DNA of 62,389 nt, filler included, from Basidiobolus ranarum (Eukaryota): NCBI GenBank assembly GCA_040143965.1. It is 18 parts of 18 records of this genome, joined end to end, with 100 filler letters (N's around TTAATTAATTAA, not from the genome) between each part and the next. Parts side by side here need not be neighbours in the genome. Positions count along the whole stretch, not along the records: positions 1 to 3,379 come from JASJQH010009403.1; positions 3,480 to 6,858 come from JASJQH010009404.1; positions 6,959 to 10,337 come from JASJQH010009405.1; positions 10,438 to 13,815 come from JASJQH010009406.1; 14 more parts are not named here. One strand, given 5' to 3'. A program made the translations under genes and the position numbers. Below the pieces are notes generated by a model. The model did no database searches, was not told the origin of the DNA, and worked only from the letters and a program-made list of their open reading frames with translations. Positions 1 to 12,829 of the stretch are shown here, piece by piece. The stretch's first letter is position 1. Each line of letters begins with the position of its first letter.

Positions 1-297
1 GCACTCCTTCCACAAGAGTTGCGAGAGGTGGTAATGCACTGTCCTGATCTGGAAGAGCTACACCTTGGACAATTCAAAGAGGTGGGAGTAGATGTAGGTG
101 ATCGTCTTGTGCTCGAAATTTTGACCAGATGCCGGAAAATGCATACACTCAACCTCGGAAATCTGAAGTTTACAGAATATAGCCTTTTGAATCTTGTTAA
201 TCAAGCCTGCTTGAAACAGGTAGTGGCTTCTAAATCAATCGAAAGATACATAGGAAAAAGTAACCTTCTTCGCAATTACAAGTTGAAGCTTTTATAG
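1..297 (+). CDS. C-terminal fragment of a leucine-rich-repeat (RNI/F-box-LRR-like) protein, 5' truncated by contig start
   Basis: Frame is open from base 1 to TAG at 295-297. It has two AMN1-type LRR units (CPDLEELHLG, CRKMHTLNLG). Confidence 0.6.
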   Translation, partial: ALLPQELREVVMHCPDLEELHLGQFKEVGVDVGDRLVLEILTRCRKMHTLNLGNLKFTEYSLLNLVNQACLKQVVASKSIERYIGKSNLLRNYKLKLL

Positions 298-909
298 TGT
301 GATAATCATTCTTTTTCGCAGTATTTCAGATATCTCACGCTACACCATGCTCTCACATCACAACATACAATACCCATTGTCTAATATAATTGGTACTATA
401 GAGGCTCTCGATGCATAATAAATTATTCATTAATACTAGTAAGACGTTCCATTTTAAATCTCTGGCAGTAGATTGTCTAAAGTTGAACATATAAATGATA
501 GATAAATACAAAATTGCATTACATTGTCAAGGGGAGTTAAATAGGCACGAGATTTTAAGATGAGATTACGTTAATTTTTTTTTCAAGCACGAGGTTCGCA
601 CAAAAATATTTGGGATAGCTTCATGATTCGATTTCTGGGGGTTTACCCAAGTAAATTCAATCATGTTGAGCAACTTCAACAGCTAATGGGTTTATGTATG
701 GGTTTGGGCAAAATTTTAATTTGAAAAATCCTTTCCTATATTATGGAAACTCAAATTTTGGGGAATCAATGCTACCCCACACGTGATAAGAACCCCAGTG
801 ACAAGATTCCCAAATGAACATTCAACTCAAGTAACATAGCTGGCTCGACATATCTGCCTTTGTCACTTGAATTCTTCGGTTAGTCTACCACATTCGCTCT
901 TCTCCGAAA

Positions 910-2059
910 ATGTTTGCTGCCACTCGTGCTGTTCCTACTGCCGCCCGCGGCGCTGCTAGGTAATACTCCTTTTGATATTGCCTAAGAATGATTCGGTTCA
1001 CAACTTTCGTTGATAGTAGACCTGTAGATATATTATTATTGAATACATTCCTCTATAACCTTTTTTTTCAATTGAACATCCTCTAATCATAGTTATATTT
1101 TCCCCCGAAATATAGTGTTCAAACTAGAAACATGGCTACCCTTAGAGAAAGTAAGTGAAGTACTCTTTGTATAATTATGAACTTATGGCTGATGGTCTTT
1201 GTCATTTAGTCCAAGTTCGTCTTAAGTCAATTTCCAACATTGCCAAGATCACCAAGTCCATGAAGATGATTGCATCCACTAAACTTAACCGTGCTCAAAG
1301 AAACATGAACAATGCTCGTGTTTATGGTGAAACCTCCATTGGTAGGTTTAAATATGAGTTTGATAGTTGAATATTTACTTATTGCCTTATAATATTGTAC
1401 TAGACGTTTACAAGCAATCTGAGGTCGCTGCCCCTGCTGATGCTCGTGAAGTTATTGTTACTGTTTCTTCTGATCGTGGTCTTTGCGGTGGTATCCACAG
1501 TAGTGTTACCAAGGCTACCAAGAACATTCTTGTACAAAAGCCCGACTCTCAAGTTGTTGTTCTTGGTGACAAAGCTAAGGCACAGCTTTCCCGTACCGCT
1601 AGAGCAAATATTGTCTTGTCTTTCAATCAACTTGGTAAAACTAACCCTACCTATACTGAAGCCTGTGCCATCGCTGACACTATCCAGAAGGCTGATATTG
1701 AATACGACGCCGCCCAAGTTGTCTATAACCAATTTACCTCTGCTATCGCCTATGAAGCCACCACAATCCCTGCCTACTCCGGTGAAGTTATGAAGGCTGC
1801 CCCCAAATTCGCCGCATACGAATTGGAGGAAGATGAAGTTCTTCAAAACTTGAAGGAATTCACCTTCGCTAACTCTCTTTACTGGGGTCTTGCTGAGGGT
1901 CACGCCTCTGAGATGTCCGCCAAGAGAACTGCTATGGAGAACGCTACCAAGAACGCTGGTGAGATCATTGACAAACTCACTTTGACTTATAACCGTGGTC
2001 GTCAAGCCGTTATTACCAACGAATTGATTGATATTATTACTGGTGCTTCTGCCCTCTAA
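910..2059 (+). CDS. ATP3: Mitochondrial F1 ATP synthase gamma subunit. Exons 910-959, 1116-1150, 1210-1341, 1404-2059
   Basis: GT-AG splicing gives presequence MFAATRAVPTAARGAASVQTRN followed by MATLREIQVRLKSISNIAKITKSMKMIA. Also carries SSDRGLCG and the C-terminal RQAVITNELIDIITGASAL signature. Confidence 0.97.
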
Positions 2060-2964
2060 ATTCTCTCAAATCCCTGAACTTCATATATTTTCATTAAAGT
2101 ATTCCACACATTCATTTATTCGAATTGCTCTTCCTGTACTTCAACTTTACTATAGGTTATCCGGTAGTATAGATTTCATGGAGTTTAGGTAAAACATTTC
2201 TTCGTCATTTAGCGACAAGTCATTTTTTTCTAAATGTAACATGCATGCATAATTCCAAAAATTTTCCTATTTCCTAAAATAAAATATGAAATTCAAGTAT
2301 TGGAGAAAATTAACCAATTCACTAATTGTATCATTTATTCACTACTTTTATTCAAATTTGCTACCTATGATGAAAATCTTCGCAAATGGGGAAGGACTTG
2401 AGGGAGATTGTGGGGTAAATTAAAGTTACAAAATTGTTTAAATTCCGACGTCTATTTGACTCTAATAGTTATATTATTGCATATCTTTTGGTTGAGTTAG
2501 ACTTTACTACTTGTAATACTTGGAGACCCTAAGCAATGGTGAGCCATTGATGAAATTCATTTAGGTTTCTGACCTCAACATATTCATACCCTTATGAAAC
2601 AACGTACTCACATAAATAACGACCACTGATTAATGGAAGAACAAACATAAGTCATTTCTATCTCCGTCTAAAGTATTTGACTATATATATCTAACATTCA
2701 GTAGTCTAGTGCAGTGTCTGAGATAAATAGCATAAAGTTATTGTTCACTCTTGGAAAAGATCTATTTATTCGTATATAGCTATATATACTATATGCTTCT
2801 ATATTATCTCACTAAAGCTATTGTTATGAGATTCAATAAACATTAAGCGGATTATATTGAGTTAAGCAAAAATTTCTTACCTGCTCTACATATCGATTAC
2901 ATAAAAGCCCCTACTATTTCCACTATATTTTTCCTTGAGCAGAAGTATCTTTAGTAACCTCTAT

Positions 2965-3268
2965 TGTTGAAATTAGCTTTGCCTAAACACCTATATAGTC
3001 ATATATAGCTTAGTACTTAGTTATCTTATATTGAACTAAGATATTATCCATTATTCTCATAAGGAATTTACTTGGAATATTTTTACCAACTTAGAAGTTC
3101 TCAGATATATAGATTTTTCAAGCTTGTGCTAGAAGCCCCAAACTTTGCACATATGTACCTGGGACCTAAACTTAAGTTCTACACGTTGGTTTTTTTACAT
3201 CTTGACAAAACTACAAATGTCAACTTTCTACTCAATAAATCAACAAGTGAAAACTACCAATTTCTCTA
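2965..3268 (+). mobile_element. LTR family A copy (solo/partial LTR, probably Copia)
   Basis: Starts TGTTGAAATTAGC. The same sequence recurs at 3480-3637(-), ~21945-22160(+), 27862-28180(+), 32600-32877(-) and 34398-34600(-). Confidence 0.7.
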
Positions 3269-3379
3269 TGTTGGATAATTAATCTTTATTCAACATCATA
3301 GTTAACTTTAGTTATGATACATATATCAGAAACAGAAAGCTACGTATCTATAGCCCCTATATTCTAAATAGGAATATCT

Positions 3380-3479
3380 NNNNNNNNNNNNNNNNNNNNN
3401 NNNNNNNNNNNNNNNNNNNNNNNTTAATTAATTAANNNNNNNNNNNNNNNNNNNNNNNNNNNNNNNNNNNNNNNNNNNN
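3380..3479. other. Artificial contig linker (N44-TTAATTAATTAA-N44), first of 17
   Basis: Identical 100-nt linkers start at 3380, 6859, 10338, 13816, 17293, 20770, 24244, 27717, 31189, 34660, 38130, 41599, 45068, 48535, 52001, 55465 and 58928. The 12-mer gives stops in all six frames. Confidence 0.99.
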
Positions 3480-3637
3480 TCCGGGCTTCTAGCTCTAGTT
3501 CTAAAAATCTGTATATCTTCAAACTTCTAAGTAAATTCCTCTTGAGAATAATGAGGAATATGTTGGTTCAATATAGGATAACTAAATACTATGCTATATA
3601 TGACTAAATAGGTGTTTAGGCAATGCTAATTTCAACA
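3480..3637 (-). mobile_element. LTR family A fragment
   Basis: Reverse complement of 2965-3140. Ends TTCAACA on the + strand. Confidence 0.7.
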
Positions 3638-4259
3638 ATTGGAATCAGAGTAAAAGTTTACTAGACACCCACAAATTTACACCAAATAACAATTCATGTA
3701 ACTTAAGAGTGGATTTTCCGGAACATTTTTTTATTCAAATCCTGGTTTGACTTTTCAATGCTTTTGCAATATATTGAATCCTTCTTTAGCAAACCGAGTC
3801 TACTCAGAGTTGATGGATGATTCTAATCAATCACTTGGGTATGGATTTATTAGTTATAATATTTTGTATAGTTTTAAAGTGGGATACTTCTCGATGTTTT
3901 AAGAAGGTTAGGTGTGTCAAAAGTATGAGAGAAGAGAAAGGTCAAAATTGCAGTCAGTAGGAAATTGATCTTTTGTAATAGTGAATTGGTTAATGAATAT
4001 GAATTCTTTCTGCAAATGTGTGAATTGATGAATTTAGAGTCTCCCATTGGAACGATCTGTGTTTATATAGTGATCTTAGTGTATGTAAATGGAACTGGTT
4101 ATAAAAAAGCTAAAAAAATTCATGGGAATTCTCTTTCATAAGCACTGAGATATATGGAAGGTGAGGAGAGGGGAAGAGAAGAGAAGAGAGGAACAAAGGA
4201 AGTAAGGGAATGTGTACAAAACAAGATTCATTTACATAATGATTAGAGAGTTCAATGAC

Positions 4260-6805
4260 TTAGGTTGGATTAAGGGAGACTGGCATCATAGATTCCGGTA
4301 TTGATTTCCCATTTTCTGGGTTGGTTAATGGCTCATTTGTAAGTGATAATGAATTATCGAGTGGAAGTATTGGCTGTGAGGTAGTAGCCACACCGCCACT
4401 ACTGCCACTGACACCGCCACCGATGGGATTTCGTATTCTTCTTTCATGTTCTAGCAAAGATTGTGCTTGACACTTATCCTCAGCGGTTAAATCCCCTTCG
4501 ACTTCATTTAATAGAGTGGAATGCAAGGTTATCTCGATGATAGCATTCTTATTAGCGTCGACCATTTCACTGATCACTGAATCATCATATTGAACTGCGG
4601 ATAGCTTCGACACTGGCCTATGTTCTGGGAAGTCCAAGTATCTTTTCATCTGGTCTTTGGTGAATAATTTCCCTGGATTCTTTTTGTCCACCACTCTAAC
4701 GAATAGACCCACCTTATGAACGTTATTCTTGAATAGTTTATCTTCGAATGTACTATACGTTTGTAAACGATACACGTACACTTTGCGTGTTTGTCCGTAT
4801 CTATAAGCTCGTGCTATCGCCTGTTCATCAAAACTAGGATTCCAACCCACATCATAGATGACCACTCGACTGGCTGACACTAGATTCACCCCCAACGATC
4901 CTGCTCCGGAGGAGATGAGGAATACATCAAAATCGGTTTCTTGATTGAATCGATCGATCATATCCTGTCGGTTCTACATAGAAAAGAAGTTTAGAATTGA
5001 ATGAGTTCATACCCGATCACACATGGCTAAATCACCTGAATTGGAGTCTCTCCATCCAAACGTAGATACTTGAAGTGTTGGTATTTGTAGCGTTTTAACA
5101 CATGTTCCATGTAATCTAAGTAACAAAGTGGATCAGTAAGGACCAATGAACAAAGTACTGCTAATCATTACGTACCGAGGGTGGGGATGCTTCTAGAGAA
5201 CACCAGCACCTTCTCTTTGATATTCTTACAAGCAACCAAGATATCCAACAGCATTTTCATTTTATGACAATGCACGATGTCACTGGGATCCTCCACTTTC
5301 TCGAACAACTCATTAGTCCAACCATATCCAGTAGGTTCGATTTTCTTCATTTCTTGTTGTACTTCGGGCAATTCCTCTGGTCTTTCATTCTCCAGATCGA
5401 TGATGGTGATCTCCTCGACCTCCGCATGTTTAGGTTTCGTTTCGAATGCCGAGACACCGGATTTATTTCTTTCCCCTTCAGCATTGGAGACGACCGCCGT
5501 TTTAAATACACACGGATGGTTACAGATTTGGAGTAATACATGTCCTTTCGCAATGATATTCTCGTTGGTGTAAGTCTTAGCATCGTTCATTTGGGATCGA
5601 AGGAAGCCAGTGTACAATTGATATTGCAAATCAGTCATTTTACATGCGATGATGTATTCCACCTTTTCCGGTAAATCCCGATGTAAAACACTAGTATCTT
5701 TTCTCAACACGATCTCCGAGATGATTCCACTTAACACGTATAATTTGGTGGAGGAGAGTTTTCGATCACCTGGTGTACTATCAGGATACAATCCATTATT
5801 GATAGGATTGATGTAAGCGTTTCTAAAGTCTGGCAAGCTTCCAAGAAACATTGGATAAACAAAGTCTACCATGCACCAATACTCTTCCAAGTTATTTTGT
5901 AGTGGGTATCCAGTAAGGCATATCCGACTTTTCGTCTGTAGTTGTTTGATGTAGAGGGAGATCTTGGTGGTTGGGTTCTTGATGATGTGCCCTTCGTCCG
6001 CTATCACTATCGAAGGGGCCTCCAGAAGGATCTTCTTTATCTCTTCACTTTGTTCAAACGTCTGCACTACTCTTCCCTGATTACTGACCAAATCTCGAAA
6101 CGCCTGATAGCCCATTAGTAAGATTCCACCGAATCTATACCATTTTTGCAAGAAGTCGATCTTTTCGTCTATTCGTTTACAAGCGTTTCCTGTGTAGAAG
6201 TTGATTAGTTCAAAGTGTAACTATGTCCCAGTGAGAAGATAGTTATCAAATGACCTACCAAGTTTATAGACCCAGCCAATGACTCTAAGGTGTTCACGGG
6301 GTATCCATTTATAAAACTCATTGTGCCAATTTTCGATCAACGTTGGTGGACAAAGAATCAATATTCTACTTGGTTTTAGTTTCGATGGAATCGTAGAATT
6401 TCCAAGTCGATTCTCTCGCATTAAAGTGAAGAGAAATGTTATCACTTGAAAGGTCTTCCCCAACCCCATGGCATGTGACAATACACACCCCTGTCCATTG
6501 AACATGACGATATTCTTCCACATAAACCGCACTCCTTCAATCTAGTACATCAATAGGGATAAAATGTGAGATAACGAGGATAGATCGGAGATTTAGAAAG
6601 GATTGTGTACTTGATGTGGTTTCAAATATTTGGCAAGCTCTGGTAAAATGAAGATGTCGCTTTGAGATTTGTCATGACCTGGGTTGATCAGCAACTAAAG
6701 TAATCAAGAGACTTAATGGCGTGAAAGAGATTCCCCACAAGAGATTTGACATTTACCTTGATCGAATCTTTGGTGGAAGAAGTGCCCTCATATCTACGTG
6801 GATTC
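4260..6805 (-). CDS. SNF2-family helicase of the ATRX/ARIP4 (RAD54L2) type, 5' truncated. Exons ~6805-6757, 6694-6611, 6541-6259, 6189-5176, 5115-5036, 4973-4260
   Basis: Motifs LKPHQIEGVRFMW, GCVLSHAMGLGKT (motif I), ADEGH (II), LTGYPLQNNLEEYWCMVDFV, RLDG and QAIARAYRYGQ (VI). ~60-nt GT-AG introns join the ORF pieces. Confidence 0.9.
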
Positions 6806-7179
6806 CTAGAAGGATTTAAAGTTCAGTACTTTTCTTTGGAAGATTGGAGTGGTCCTAGNNNNNNNNNNNNNNNNNNNNNNNNNNNNNNNNNNNNNNNNNN
6901 NNTTAATTAATTAANNNNNNNNNNNNNNNNNNNNNNNNNNNNNNNNNNNNNNNNNNNNGTAAAGGGTGTCAGTCACTATGATCTATACGATAAACCGGAG
7001 CCCGTTAGTAAAGCTGTTAAACAGTTAGAAGCCTTCTATAAAGAAAACCTATAATAAACTACTGGTCATCAATATTCGCCTTAACATATTTCTCACAGAT
7101 GAACACAAACATTGCACACACGTTCCTAACATATTCGGTTTGTTTATTTTTTGACGAAACATCAAAAGTATAAATAGCC

Positions 7180-7248
7180 ACTTGAAGGCCAATACATTCC
7201 CTCTTAACCTTAACACTTGAAGGCCAATACATTCCCTCTTAACCTTAA
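7180..7248 (+). repeat. Tandem duplication of ~35 bp (CACTTGAAGGCCAATACATTCCCTCTTAACCTTAA x2)
   Basis: Two adjacent identical copies are visible. Confidence 0.85.
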
Positions 7249-7755
7249 GATAGTTATTCAACTCTGGGTCATTTGTGTAAAAATTAATAAGAGTTGAAGG
7301 GAAATATTTTGCTGGGGATACTTTAATGGAAATACTTTGCTGAGGATACCTTAATCGCTCGATTACTATACAAGGCTAGTAAAACTTATAACCGAGATTT
7401 CTACCTTATTTCACGCCAATAATGGAATTCTATGATTCAACAAAAGATAATCTGGAAATTCGGAAATCCGGAAATCTGGGAATTCGGGAATGCAATAAAT
7501 CGATGTACATTGATTAAAAAATCACCAGAAATCAACAGATACTGATACAACCATAAAAGGCTAAGATAAGAAGTATACAGCCTGTCATTTAATTGTTGTA
7601 GCAGCATTTGGTGTAATTCAGTGACGTCGCCACCATCTCCATGAACATCAGATAGATCGAATGTGTGCTCGTAAAGAATTGATCATGAACTTGTTGACTC
7701 ATTCCCAATTATGCCTGAGCTGGGCGGTATAATCACAAAAACAATCACAAAATAC

Positions 7756-7822
7756 AACAATGGTTAAATCTATATAACAATGGTTAAATCTATACAACAC
7801 TGGTTAAATCTATACAATAATG
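7756..7822 (+). repeat. 20-bp minisatellite (ACAATGGTTAAATCTATACA-like) x3
   Basis: Three near-identical tandem units. Confidence 0.8.
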
Positions 7823-7829
7823 GCTAGGA

Positions 7830-9010
7830 TCAAATTGTTCTTTCAGTTGCTCAATGTTATATCCATTAACTGATAAGAACTTATGTTCCATTGTTTAAAT
7901 TCTCCCAGATAAAGCCAGTTTACAACATGTTATGACAATTTACCACTTGTTGGACAGTAGCTAGGTATTGATTCAGATGCTCACTTTTATTGAAAGCCTG
8001 GTGATTAGCCAAGATATATGGATCTCCTGTGGCCAAAAGGTGATTGAATAGGATACCATCCTGTAATGGAGGCAGAGTATAATGGAGCTAGAGATTAGAT
8101 GTCTGGAATATTATTGACACCTCATGGAATCTTCTCCACAAAGGATCTATCTCTGCTTGTGTGAGATGTATTAGCAGTAACAGGTCAGGCATTCAGGATG
8201 CAGTGGCAGGTGTACTGTGATTCTGTGGCATAACTACTTCAGAATGTTTATCTATCAAACTACCCAACTTTCCATGATTAAAAGAAGACTATGTGCAATA
8301 CCAACTCACCCAATGGATAGTTCTCCTGTAGCCCCAAGTGGTACTAGTTAAGCTTGCTTGTTAAGTAAGAATATTCAAGCAGATTATTTCCCAATAAATG
8401 TGACTATTGTATTTTGCAGCAAAGTTGAATTGGGTATCTCTCCAGTTAATATCAATGATGTTGGGTTGCTTAAGCTTGGCAAAACATTGCTATTTTGCCA
8501 AAGAACAGGTGGTAATGTTGCATTAGTTATCCCATTTCTTTCCAAGTAGTTCCCTAGTCACTTGTAATCTGGACATGTAATATTAGTTTCAAGGAATGAA
8601 CTCATAAATTAGTGCCAAAACTCAAGGTAAATACACATTGGCAAATTCTAGTGAGAGTTATAAATCAATCCAATGTGGAATGCTCTCAGCTGAACTGGTA
8701 TTCATTATTGACTTTGCCAAAAAGTAAATGGCAGCATTAATGAAAGCAAGATGACTTTGTTTCTGAAAAGACAATGAAATTTTATCTATTTCAGTTACCA
8801 CCAATAAATAAACATTCCCCTCTGCCATCAAAGTGTAGGATATCCTGGCAATCCTTGTCTTTTTTGACAATCAACAGTATTCACACTCAAACTTTGGCAT
8901 CAGATGGAAGAATCAATCCTTGCCTACATAGTGATACAGTGATTGTGAATATCCCACAGGAATAATGAACCTGTTTCTGATCATTAACTTTCCATTATCA
9001 CACTTAACTC
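7830..9010 (-). mobile_element. Heavily decayed non-LTR (LINE-like) RT relic
   Basis: Degenerate RT-order motifs on the minus strand: RQG (~8915), LAFIN in place of LAFAD, YK*LG (~8560), LTSTTWG (~8340). CpG-poor. Confidence 0.4.
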
Positions 9011-9239
9011 TTGCTATATTGTTCACTGTAGTAGTGGCTACTATGACTTACTGTCTATAATTTCTACATTGACAAGAGCAGCAGCAGAAATTATAGTGCA
9101 TCAAAGAGATTTAAAAAGTATGACTACTACTTGTGAAGCCTATGGGGATTCTTTAAGTGCTATATATCTGACTTACATTAATGCTTTGGGTACATGTGGT
9201 GCATAGCTCGGCAAGATGTTACTGCTAGCATTGATCAAT

Positions 9240-10337
9240 GTAGAAATAAATTTATTGGTAAAATATATGATTGTTTGGTGACTCTGAACCAAGCTTGATA
9301 GGATGTAAAGTTAGACAGACTTCTAGTAAAACTCCTTCTCTTCAGATATGTAGCTGTAGCAACAGATTCTGCCCAAAAATTATGAGATAAATTCTGTGCA
9401 TTTATCAAAGATCTTGCCATTTCTATTATAGTCCTGTTAGCTCTTTCAGCAACACAATTTTGCTGAAGTGAATAGGGGCAGTAGTTTCTTGCTTAAATCC
9501 ATGAACTTGGCAAAAGTGATTAAATAGTGTTTAGGTATATGCACCACCATTATCAGTACAAAGTTTCTTGATTCTGGTTCCAGTTTCAGTCTCCACAAGT
9601 GTTTTAAAAATATCCAGGAATAGAGAGAGCTTCTTTTTTTCTTTAAAAAAAGTAGACTCAAGTGTATCTTGTATAATCATCAATGAATGAGATTAAACAT
9701 CTTTTTCAGCCTAAAGATTAACTTTGCATAGGTTCAAACAAACCTGAGTGAATAAGATACAATTTTTTTACAGATTTGATTAAGCCAGAGCACTTGAATG
9801 GTTGCCTGGCTTGGTTTCCATATATATAACCCTCACAAATTTCCATTTTGGTTGGGAGGGGTTGATTTGAATTCCAGAAATTAAGCAACTTTTGATCATT
9901 TTGCTCAAAAATTAAATATAATATGGTCAAACCTCTTATGCCATAATTGAATAATTTCTTAATTGGAAAAATGTATATTTATATATAAACCTCTTGAATA
10001 ACATGTACATTTGTTCAAGTTCCAATCCTTCTCTCCTGAAGCTAAATAATTCCCATTTTGATCAGTGATGGTGCATCCTGACTTATCAGAGTAGAATTTT
10101 GGCCCTTCTGAAATAGCCTTGCATACAGATATTAAATTCTTGGCAATATCTGGAACATGTTATACATCCTTAAAAGTATACACTTTCTATTCAGAAGCTT
10201 GTTTTAAATTGACTTGAATTGTTCCCATTCCAATGGCATCTAATGTATGGTCATCTCCCATGAAAACCTTTCTTGGGATTTCTTCATGATCCACAAACCA
10301 ATATTCTTCATTTGTGAAATATTGGGAGGCTCCAGAA
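9240..10337 (-). mobile_element. Ty1/Copia pol fragment (protease, GAG-pre-integrase, integrase), pseudogenised
   Basis: SGASQYFT, LWHKR, CEGYIYGNQARQPF, FIDDY and ARSLINAQNLSHNFWAESVATATYL. Same family as 32880-34020 and 55565-58125. Confidence 0.9.
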
Positions 10338-10437
10338 NNNNNNNNNNNNNNNNNNNNNNNNNNNNNNNNNNNNNNNNNNNNTTAATTAATTAANNNNNNN
10401 NNNNNNNNNNNNNNNNNNNNNNNNNNNNNNNNNNNNN

Positions 10438-10630
10438 CTCATTCGGTGTGTTCGTTGTCATGGCACTTGTCTACATGATCTTGTCGAACTCTGTAGGCTT
10501 CGATCGTCTTGCTCATGGCAAATCAATGAAGGCTAAGAAGAACAGAGGCATGGAAGACTTGATGGTACAAATGGCCCGTGTGTCGGATCAGCATCACAAG
10601 CAACCTATGTTATCTGGACATGAACTATAA
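10438..10630 (+). CDS. PMA1: C-terminus of a plasma-membrane H+-ATPase (upstream paralogue)
   Basis: SFGVFVVMALVYMILSNSVGFDRLAHGKSMKAKKNRGMEDLMVQMARVSDQH matches the fungal Pma1 TM10 and regulatory tail (FDRLMNGK...EDF...MQRVSTQHE). Confidence 0.88.
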
Positions 10631-12094
10631 GCCAACTGAGTGATATGCTGTGTTTGTACATATGAACATGGTTATTTCAACTTGTATACTCCTTCATCTT
10701 TACTCTGCGATGATAATGTTTGAATATAGAAAGATCGATACATAATTTGCATAATCAATTTTACAAATAAATATATTTAATGTTTGTATAACAATCATTT
10801 TTAATCTTATGGTAATGATGTTTCCTGATTTCTGGATTCTCTCAAGTCCTATATTTTCTTAATTAGTTATTGCTCATAGTTTTTATGCAACTTGGTTGAA
10901 CTTAAACCTTTTGCTTGGAACCCATTACCAAATATTTCACCCACTCTTTTAAAGGATTGAATAAATCAGATGACAAACCAGTATGCTAAAGTTCATTTGT
11001 GTTAGGAATGAGCTATTTTAAATTGAACTATTGATTATGATATGGCAAATAGTTTACAGTAATAAGTGATAGTTACTATCATGAAAGGTAAATCTAGTTA
11101 GCTTTTCCTTGATTATTGTTCTCCTAGTTGTCTTCATTGACCTTTATGGTAGATGTAGCTATTCCAAAGATTGCTTATGACGATGACTCTCAGCAGCTAC
11201 TCCAGTAATGTGACCTCTGAATTTATGGAACCTATCATTTGTCACGCGGCTATAATTCTTATTATAGGCACTTGAGCTATATAGCCTACCATAACGGTAC
11301 CGAGAATTAGGGTCATTGGAACCTTGGTGGGGGATGGGGATGGGGGAAGCTATATTCCTTGAGTCGGTATGAATTGGAAACTGACAATTCTTCATTGCAT
11401 ATTTATACACCTCACTCTACGACTGTTTCTCAATCTGACAGCTATTCAGCGAAGTGACATTTACTTTCCACTTCTACATTTCGAAATACACCACCTCATC
11501 TGGTCTCTTGTTATCTCTACAGATGTATCCAACCTCTCGATAAACTTAGTAAATGCATCAAGTGAAATTTTCTAAATGTGGACTTCCCATGTTACGTTCT
11601 GATAATAGCAGGAGCTTGGATCATATATACTACTAATTTGGTTCCTGGTCACACTGCCATTGCAAGGCGCTCATGTTCGTCAAAGAAGTGATTCAAATCC
11701 GCCATCCTGGCAATTGGCTGGAGTAGGATTGTAGTGCTGTGAGGGTTGTCGAGCTTCACTTCTACTATTTTTGGAACGGGATAGTTTCATTTGATGTGCT
11801 CTGTCATGGGATCCAAGGTTTCGATCGCATTGTGGATACTGATTCCTCCAATGCTTGACCGTTGTGAATTAACGCCAAAAACACCTACTAGTGTATTTAC
11901 TTCCGAACCCATCTCTGATCGTTTCAGTTGCAAATGAAGAATTTTTCATTAATTTGGTTCACTAAATGTTCGAGGATTCGCTCCAAATATGTAGCATTAG
12001 TTCGTATAGTATTGGTGCGGCAATTCAAGTGAACATATGCGTAGATGTAGACGGAATTCAAGGGATTCAAGGGATTCCATCTATTTATTACCCC

Positions 12095-12214
12095 ATTGTT
12101 CGAGAAATTAAATTAGAATATGCTTTTCTTCTTTATTGTTCGAGAAATTAAATACAAATATGCGTTTCTTCTTTATTGTTCGAGAAATTAAATTCAAAGA
12201 TGCTTTTCTTCTTT
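12095..12214 (+). repeat. 3 x 40-bp tandem repeat upstream of PMA1
   Basis: Units start at 12095, 12135 and 12175 (ATTGTTCGAGAAATTAAAT...TTCTTCTTT). Confidence 0.9.
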
Positions 12215-12829
12215 TCGATCTAGACTTGTTTCATAGATTATGAATACCGTTTCAACCACAATCTATGTCACATAATTCCCATGGTTGCTTATTACTGAAT
12301 AGTGGAGATGTGGAATAATATTGTCAAGATTTACGGCAATTAAGCACTCAGCATAAATAGCAGATTGTTGTGGTCAGATTGTCGTGGCCAGAATGTCTTC
12401 ACAAAATGGTAGCAATCCCATGCTAGCATGAAACCATTTACTTTCAACGATCTCAATTGGCAAAGGCATCTATATCTAACATGGCGGCCCTTGCTGCATA
12501 TGACAGATAGCCGAATTGCTTGATCTAATCAAAACGGTTTATTAGTTCATCGCTTACGTTGGTATGTGAAATAAAATCTGGGAGATACTCGAAGTGGGCG
12601 AAACCAATTACCATCCTCCAATGATATAACCAGTCCAATTCGGTATAAACTTTATTTCACGATAGAACTCGCAATCCACTTCGGGATGACGGATGGTACG
12701 ATAATTTCGTGACTGTTATCGAAATGGAATGAGGACGAAATGCCTGTCTGCTATTTAAACTGGCCTCAACTAGAGTGCATCCGACATTGCTTACCATAAA
12801 CTTAATATACCTCATATTTCTCAATTAAC

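Noticed and set aside
1400-2005. 201-aa antisense ORF and 117-aa alternative-frame ORF over ATP3
   Set aside because: Shadows of strong codon bias in a highly expressed gene. The same happens over the uricases and the helicase.
7452-7492. GGAAATTC/GGAAATCC 8-9 bp repeats as a transposon end
   Set aside because: No partner TIR or second copy in the window.
12095-12214. CRISPR-like array (also considered for 22895-22982 and 25930-26780)
   Set aside because: Units are contiguous with no unique spacers, there are no cas genes, and the context is eukaryotic.
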